Part shown: piece by piece, positions 60,901-64,000 of the stretch
Position numbering within the stretch: the stretch's first letter is position 1
Layout: each line of letters begins with the position of its first letter
Assembly: GCA_964600165.1 (NCBI GenBank)
Contig: CAZRIP010000004.1
Coordinates: 5,883-69,882 of the forward strand
Reading direction: 5' to 3'
From: an uncultured Elusimicrobia bacterium
Lineage (GTDB): Bacteria > Elusimicrobiota > Elusimicrobia > UBA1565 > UBA9628
DNA: 64,000 nt
Notes under the pieces: generated by a model
What the model was told of the DNA's origin: nothing
The model's input: only the letters and a program-made list of their open reading frames with translations
The model's database searches: none
Translations under genes and position numbers: made by a program

Positions 60901-61472
60901 CCGGAGGTTCGGGCACCGGGAGCGTCGATCGCGTTCGCCTGGATGTTGACGGTGCGGACTTTCTTCGGGTCCGGCGTCTTCGGCGCGTCGCCGAGGTTGA
61001 AGTCTTGCGGCAGCACCGGCTTGGGAAGGGGGCGGATGCCCATGGCGTCGGCCGGAGCCGCGGCGCGGCTCATGTCGAAAACGGAGCTCCAGCTCACGCT
61101 GCGGCCGAGGAGTACCTGGCCGGCGGCCTGGGCCAGGCTCGACAGAACGCCGGGCTTTTCGGACTTCGGCGCCGCGAGGGCCGCGGGCGCGGCGGAAACG
61201 GCGGCTTGAGCCGTTTGGGCGGCTTCGGGAAGAGCCGCGGCGCTCATGGCTTCCATCGGCACGAGGCCGTTGACGGGCGCGAGCGCGGCCGGAAGAGAGG
61301 GAATCTGGGCGGAGATGTCGTTGCCGGGAATCTTGACGGGCTCGAGCGTCGTCAGGCGCGCGGTCGGGACGGCCTCGAGCTCGGCGGCGAAAGCGGGGAT
61401 GGACGTGCCGACGGAGGACCACACGACGGCGAGGGAAAGCAAAGCGCAGGAATATCTCGGCGATTGTTTCAT
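57924..61472 (-). CDS. Large secreted M4/M36-like zinc metallopeptidase (FTP/PepSY-like propeptide region, HEXXH...E core) with a long C-terminal extension and a C-terminal membrane anchor
   Basis: Signal peptide. Propeptide-like ...EGAWHAVNLYDIDG...VAIDIATGDIFAWD. Catalytic VGMHEYGHFVDDMIGGITNGGMSEGWGD (HEXXH plus a downstream Glu, as in thermolysin). Hydrophobic C-terminal 60 aa ending KKYGKP. Confidence 0.55.
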   Translation of the reverse strand: MKQSPRYSCALLSLAVVWSSVGTSIPAFAAELEAVPTARLTTLEPVKIPGNDISAQIPSLPAALAPVNGLVPMEAMSAAALPEAAQTAQAAVSAAPAALAAPKSEKPGVLSSLAQAAGQVLLGRSVSWSSVFDMSRAAAPADAMGIRPLPKPVLPQDFNLGDAPKTPDPKKVRTVNIQANAIDAPGARTSGGIFGAGPRVLNASVRGTQAEIESSVKEALLRMIDNDAAKWGVTRDELKEVHVRYVPGEGDQIGQVFAYFQQQRKTTGADGATTNAVVNGTSLSFTVNIVKNQPILMAASAKLYPNLNVAARATKTDDELKQVAEDQLRQMPQGAGVSLVFVERRIVYHEGAWHAVNLYDIDGLGQYVGVKVAIDIATGDIFAWDSRVGVRDAATKAPEQGRFAIAYRDERPLTDEARSAMKDFLAKAGMTLATEGNGGTLLVVDGPVDNMAKIVSNEIFKGWTIHRYTAPKMAYPEASARLEAARQAAPAGAQLIGAAANLLNKSNIWAYRFYVPATNQVLEVYVNFKGEVHATDARPAPSGTDFNEIDLSKIMNLETAYSSVLSRGVNPTAVRIERWQTLARSHPVQYIFTDASGKETVMLAQAAAEPDAASVSGVVQARAEANDHRQNGEPVLVDLATPYIKFTLDGKADMADTDGKFAGKGKTFTATVESKWAKIHDTDRKELKVNVTLDPSKPNVVVLNPEQNDLGTINQVNMLIWINRIHDWWSTRLNADARIDKQIPVNVNIHQDCNAYYTPGRPSLNFFRDSEECSDTGRPGVGMHEYGHFVDDMIGGITNGGMSEGWGDIGSMFILGTPIIGEGFLKNRNPSWIRHGENTYQYSDSDEVHDQGQAWMGFAWKLRKALIASLGEAKGAATAESLIVPTLFAKTSDIPSQMAQVLLRAMGNDGTIRFEKEIRAAAKAHGIDLPQNPGIVGGVADLANGLVGVVTGGAGVAVEEIASDTFEGANALVPEGFGQGASAQVVTKTFSLSAGRAARDEIRAKLQGAYQYRSGDYHDLGFKIEEQRGWRNSQFTITITGSAKSTEYMATQIKRIGGQTDEAAPAGEKPAGPSGVVGIRATTNQTARPATEASAAPEAPKAPRDLTMKEFGVINAAGVVGSIGAGILTGHVVLGLLGTFVAAIPLVIGYVLIARALGANIRMPGIRFAPSFSWGGKKYGKP

Positions 61473-61600
61473 GGTAGCGCGATTCTATCTAACGGCTTCG
61501 CGTCCTCTCGCGGGCCGACGGGGCACAACGCGTTTGCCAGGAGCCCTAGGCGCGAATAGGACTTTGGGGAAGGAGAAGGGCCGGGCGCTATTTTGATACG

Positions 61601-62683
61601 ATGACGCATCCTATGGAGATCGGCATCGTCGGGCTTCCGAACGTAGGCAAGTCGACTATCTTCAACGCGCTGACCTCGGCCAACGCCGCCGCCTCGAACT
61701 ACCCGTTTACGACGATCGAGCCGAACGTCGGCGTCGTCGCCGTGCCGGACGCCCGTTTGTCGCGCCTCTCTTCCTTATTTAAGCCCAAGAAAACAACCCC
61801 TGCATCCGTCCGTTTCGTAGACATCGCGGGTCTCGTCAAAGGGGCCGCGCAGGGCGAGGGCCTGGGGAACAAGTTCCTTTCTCATATTAGGGAAGTCGAC
61901 GCGATCATCATGATGGTACGCCTCTTCTCCGACCCCGACGTCGTCCACACGATGGGCTCCGTCGATCCGCGACGCGACGTCGAGGTCATCGAGACCGAGC
62001 TCATGCTGGCCGACCTCGCCAGCTTGGAAAAACAATACGACAAGGTGTTCGGCAAGTCGAAGTCCGGCGACAAGGCCGCGATCGCGACGATGGCGGTGCT
62101 CGATCAGCTCAAGAAAGGCCTCTCGGAGGGCAAGCCCGCGCGCGCTCTCGGCATGGACCCGAAGGCGATCCGCGACTTTTCCTTGTTGACCGCCAAACCC
62201 GTCTTGTTCGTCGGCAACACCGACGAAAAGCCGGACGCCAAGCTCCTCGGCGAGCTCGAGGCGATCGCCAAGGAGCGCGGCGCCCAGGCCGTGGCCGTGT
62301 GCTCGAAGCTCGAGGCGGAGATCGCTCAGCTCGCGTTCGAGGACCGCAAGGTCTTCATGGACGACTTGGGCCTCAAGGAGACGGGCCTCGAGCGCGTCAT
62401 CGTCGCCGCGTACCGGCTCCTCGGGCTCCAGAGCTATTTCACCGCGGGCGAAGACGAGGTCCGCGCCTGGACGATCGTGCGCGGCTTTCGCGCGCCGCAG
62501 GCCGCCGGCGTCATCCACACCGATTTCGAGAAGGGCTTCATCAAGGCCGACGTCTATTCCTTCAAGGACATCGACGCTTACGAAAAGGAGTCCGCCTTGC
62601 GCGAGAAGGGCTTGATCCGCTCCGAAGGCAGGGACTACGTGATGCAGGACGGCGATGTCTGCTTCTTCAAGTTCTCCAGCTAA
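61601..62683 (+). CDS. ychF: Ribosome-binding ATPase YchF
   Basis: IGIVGLPNVGKSTIFNALT, G4 NxxD, and a C-terminal TGS domain (DFEKGFIKADV). Confidence 0.9.
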   Translation: MTHPMEIGIVGLPNVGKSTIFNALTSANAAASNYPFTTIEPNVGVVAVPDARLSRLSSLFKPKKTTPASVRFVDIAGLVKGAAQGEGLGNKFLSHIREVDAIIMMVRLFSDPDVVHTMGSVDPRRDVEVIETELMLADLASLEKQYDKVFGKSKSGDKAAIATMAVLDQLKKGLSEGKPARALGMDPKAIRDFSLLTAKPVLFVGNTDEKPDAKLLGELEAIAKERGAQAVAVCSKLEAEIAQLAFEDRKVFMDDLGLKETGLERVIVAAYRLLGLQSYFTAGEDEVRAWTIVRGFRAPQAAGVIHTDFEKGFIKADVYSFKDIDAYEKESALREKGLIRSEGRDYVMQDGDVCFFKFSS

Positions 62684-63857
62684 CACGCGCGCGATCGGCG
62701 CGCGCTGCCGGCACTTCGGCTCCTGCGGCGGCTGCGCGATGCAGGACCGGGAGTACCCGCGGCAGCTCGAGCTCAAGTGCGAGCGCGTGGCCGCGCTGCT
62801 CGATCCGCTCGGTCTGCAGCCGTCGCGCGCGCACGGCTCTCCGAAGACGTGGTTTTACCGCAACAAGATGGAGTTCTCGTTCGGCGACGTTTATCCGCCG
62901 ATCCCCGGCGGCCCCGCGGTCAAGCTGGGCCTGAAACCCAAGGGGCGCTGGTACGAGATATTGGATTTGGCGGAGTGTTTTCTGCTCTCCGAGGAGACGC
63001 CCGCGCTCTTGAAGGCGGTCCGCGAGTGGGCCGAGCGCGAGAAGCTGCTTCCTTATAATAGCCGGCGCCACACGGGGTTCTTGCGGCACTTGGTCGTGCG
63101 CGAGGGCAAGAACACCGGCGAGCGGCTCGTGCTGCTCGTCACGGCGCCGGGGGAGTTCCCCGCCGAGTCGTTCGTCGAAGCGGTCAAGGCGGTCTATCCC
63201 GCGACGACGATCATGCGCGGCGTCAACGGCAAGCTTTCGGACACGGCGAACTGCGACTCGAGCGGCGTCCTCGAGGGCACGGGCTTCATCACCGAGGCGC
63301 TGCGCTTCCCCGGCCAGGAGCTCCGCTTTCGCGTCTCGCCGAGCGCGTTCTTCCAGACGAATACTTCCGGCACCGAGCTCTTATACGGCCTCCTGCGCGA
63401 TTGGACCAAGGAGGCGGGCGCCAAGGTCGCGCTCGATCTTTACTGCGGCGGCGGGGGGATCGGCTTGTCGCTCGCGGGCGTCTGCGAGAAGGTGATCGGC
63501 GCCGAGGTCACGCCCTCGGCGGTCGCCGACGCGCGCGCCAACGCCGAGCTCAACGCCGTCAAGAACATCCAGTTCTTCGTCGGACAGGTCGAGACGATGC
63601 TCCCGTCGCTGTTGGCTTTCTCTCCCGATCTCGTCGTCGTCGACCCGCCGCGCGCGGGGCTGCACGCGAAGGCGCTCGAGACTCTTTTGGAATCAGGAGC
63701 GCCGCAGATTTTTTACGTCTCGTGCAACCCGGAGGCGCTCGCGCGCGATCTGACGCGCCTCGTCGAGCGCTACAGCGTCTTTCGCTGCGAGGTCGTCGAT
63801 CTTTTTCCGCACACGGAGCACGTCGAGACCGTCGTTTGGCTCAAAAGGCTCGGATAA
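62655..63857 (+). CDS. 23S rRNA (uracil-C5)-methyltransferase, RumA/RlmD family (TRAM-less)
   Basis: Four-Cys cluster C-x5-C-x2-C (CRHFGSCGGC...). Methyltransferase motifs DLYCGGGGIGL and the catalytic Cys context FYVSCNP. The 5' end overlaps ychF by 29 bp, so the true start may lie downstream. Confidence 0.75.
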   Translation: MSASSSSPANTRAIGARCRHFGSCGGCAMQDREYPRQLELKCERVAALLDPLGLQPSRAHGSPKTWFYRNKMEFSFGDVYPPIPGGPAVKLGLKPKGRWYEILDLAECFLLSEETPALLKAVREWAEREKLLPYNSRRHTGFLRHLVVREGKNTGERLVLLVTAPGEFPAESFVEAVKAVYPATTIMRGVNGKLSDTANCDSSGVLEGTGFITEALRFPGQELRFRVSPSAFFQTNTSGTELLYGLLRDWTKEAGAKVALDLYCGGGGIGLSLAGVCEKVIGAEVTPSAVADARANAELNAVKNIQFFVGQVETMLPSLLAFSPDLVVVDPPRAGLHAKALETLLESGAPQIFYVSCNPEALARDLTRLVERYSVFRCEVVDLFPHTEHVETVVWLKRLG

Positions 63858-63865
63858 GCTATAAT
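63836..63865 (+). promoter_or_regulatory. Sigma70-type promoter TTGGCT-18-TATAAT driving tRNA-Arg
   Basis: Hexamers read directly. The -35 lies within the last codons of the methyltransferase gene. The -10 ends 29 nt before the tRNA 5' end. Confidence 0.5.
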
Positions 63866-63894
63866 CTCGTCCTTCCGCTGGAAGGCCTCCGATT

Positions 63895-63966
63895 GCGCTC
63901 GTAACACAATGGATAGTGTCCGAGCCTGCGAAGCTCGGTATACAGGTTCGATTCCTGTCGAGCGCA
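63895..63966 (+). tRNA. tRNA-Arg (anticodon GCG as read)
   Basis: Manual fold. Acceptor GCGCTCG/CGAGCGC, D-arm ACAC-AATGGATA-GTGT, anticodon stem CGAGC/GCTCG with loop CTGCGAA, T-arm ACAGG-TTCGATT-CCTGT, discriminator A. Followed by a T-run. Confidence 0.65.
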
Positions 63967-64000
63967 ATGGGAGGCTTTCTTTTTTTATCCGCCGCGCGGC

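Overview
This is a 64 kb window of a very GC-rich (about 70%) chromosome from a Gram-negative bacterium, densely packed with about 60 protein genes, two tRNAs and no mobile element, CRISPR array or rRNA. The Gram-negative call rests on an LptF/LptG pair, several outer-membrane beta-barrels and a sigmaE-type htrA promoter. Annotation rests on my own reading of the supplied ORF translations (conserved motifs) and of the nucleotide sequence. No database search was run.

Ordinary content, in order: a complete trehalose locus (otsB, a membrane-anchored otsA, and a treS-maltokinase fusion); a purine and nucleoside block (a secreted adenosine-deaminase-family protein, purA, deoxynucleoside kinase); a cold-shock protein gene; scoAB, metK, a ZIP transporter, ychF and a rumA/rlmD-like methyltransferase; a vapBC pair beside a macro-domain protein; and an htrA-like protease, an M20 peptidase and lptFG.

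Several less ordinary modules stand out. (i) An envelope signalling cluster at 1785-7654: a FecR-domain secreted protein, a TPR plus beta-barrel outer-membrane protein, a CHASE2 class III nucleotidyl cyclase and an OmpR-type response regulator overlapping by ATGA. (ii) Five paralogous GT-C-like (PMT/ArnT/TMTC-type) polytopic membrane proteins, four of them with C-terminal TPR repeats or TPR-like helical regions, plus a GDP-mannose supply module (cupin isomerase, phosphomannomutase, and an NDP-sugar pyrophosphorylase interrupted by an in-frame TAG). Together these suggest an expanded protein or glycan mannosylation system. (iii) A receiver-domain gene running into otsB with no start codon, which points to a frameshift or a REC-OtsB fusion. 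(iv) A cytoplasmic histidine kinase whose stop overlaps the cspA start by ATGA, with the csp promoter lying inside the kinase coding tail. (v) A 34-bp perfect AT-rich palindrome between the adenosine-deaminase-like gene and a patatin gene. (vi) A large M4-like (HEXXH...E) metalloprotease with a C-terminal membrane anchor, in a co-oriented trio with an unknown secreted protein and a FadL-like outer-membrane protein. (vii) A VIT-VWA secreted protein next to an ECF sigma factor and a zf-HC2 anti-sigma factor.

The taxon cannot be fixed from sequence alone. The content (CHASE2 cyclases, TMTC-like glycosyltransferases, patatin, ECF/anti-sigma, VIT-VWA) fits a myxobacterial-type or other high-GC environmental lineage, possibly a metagenome-assembled genome.
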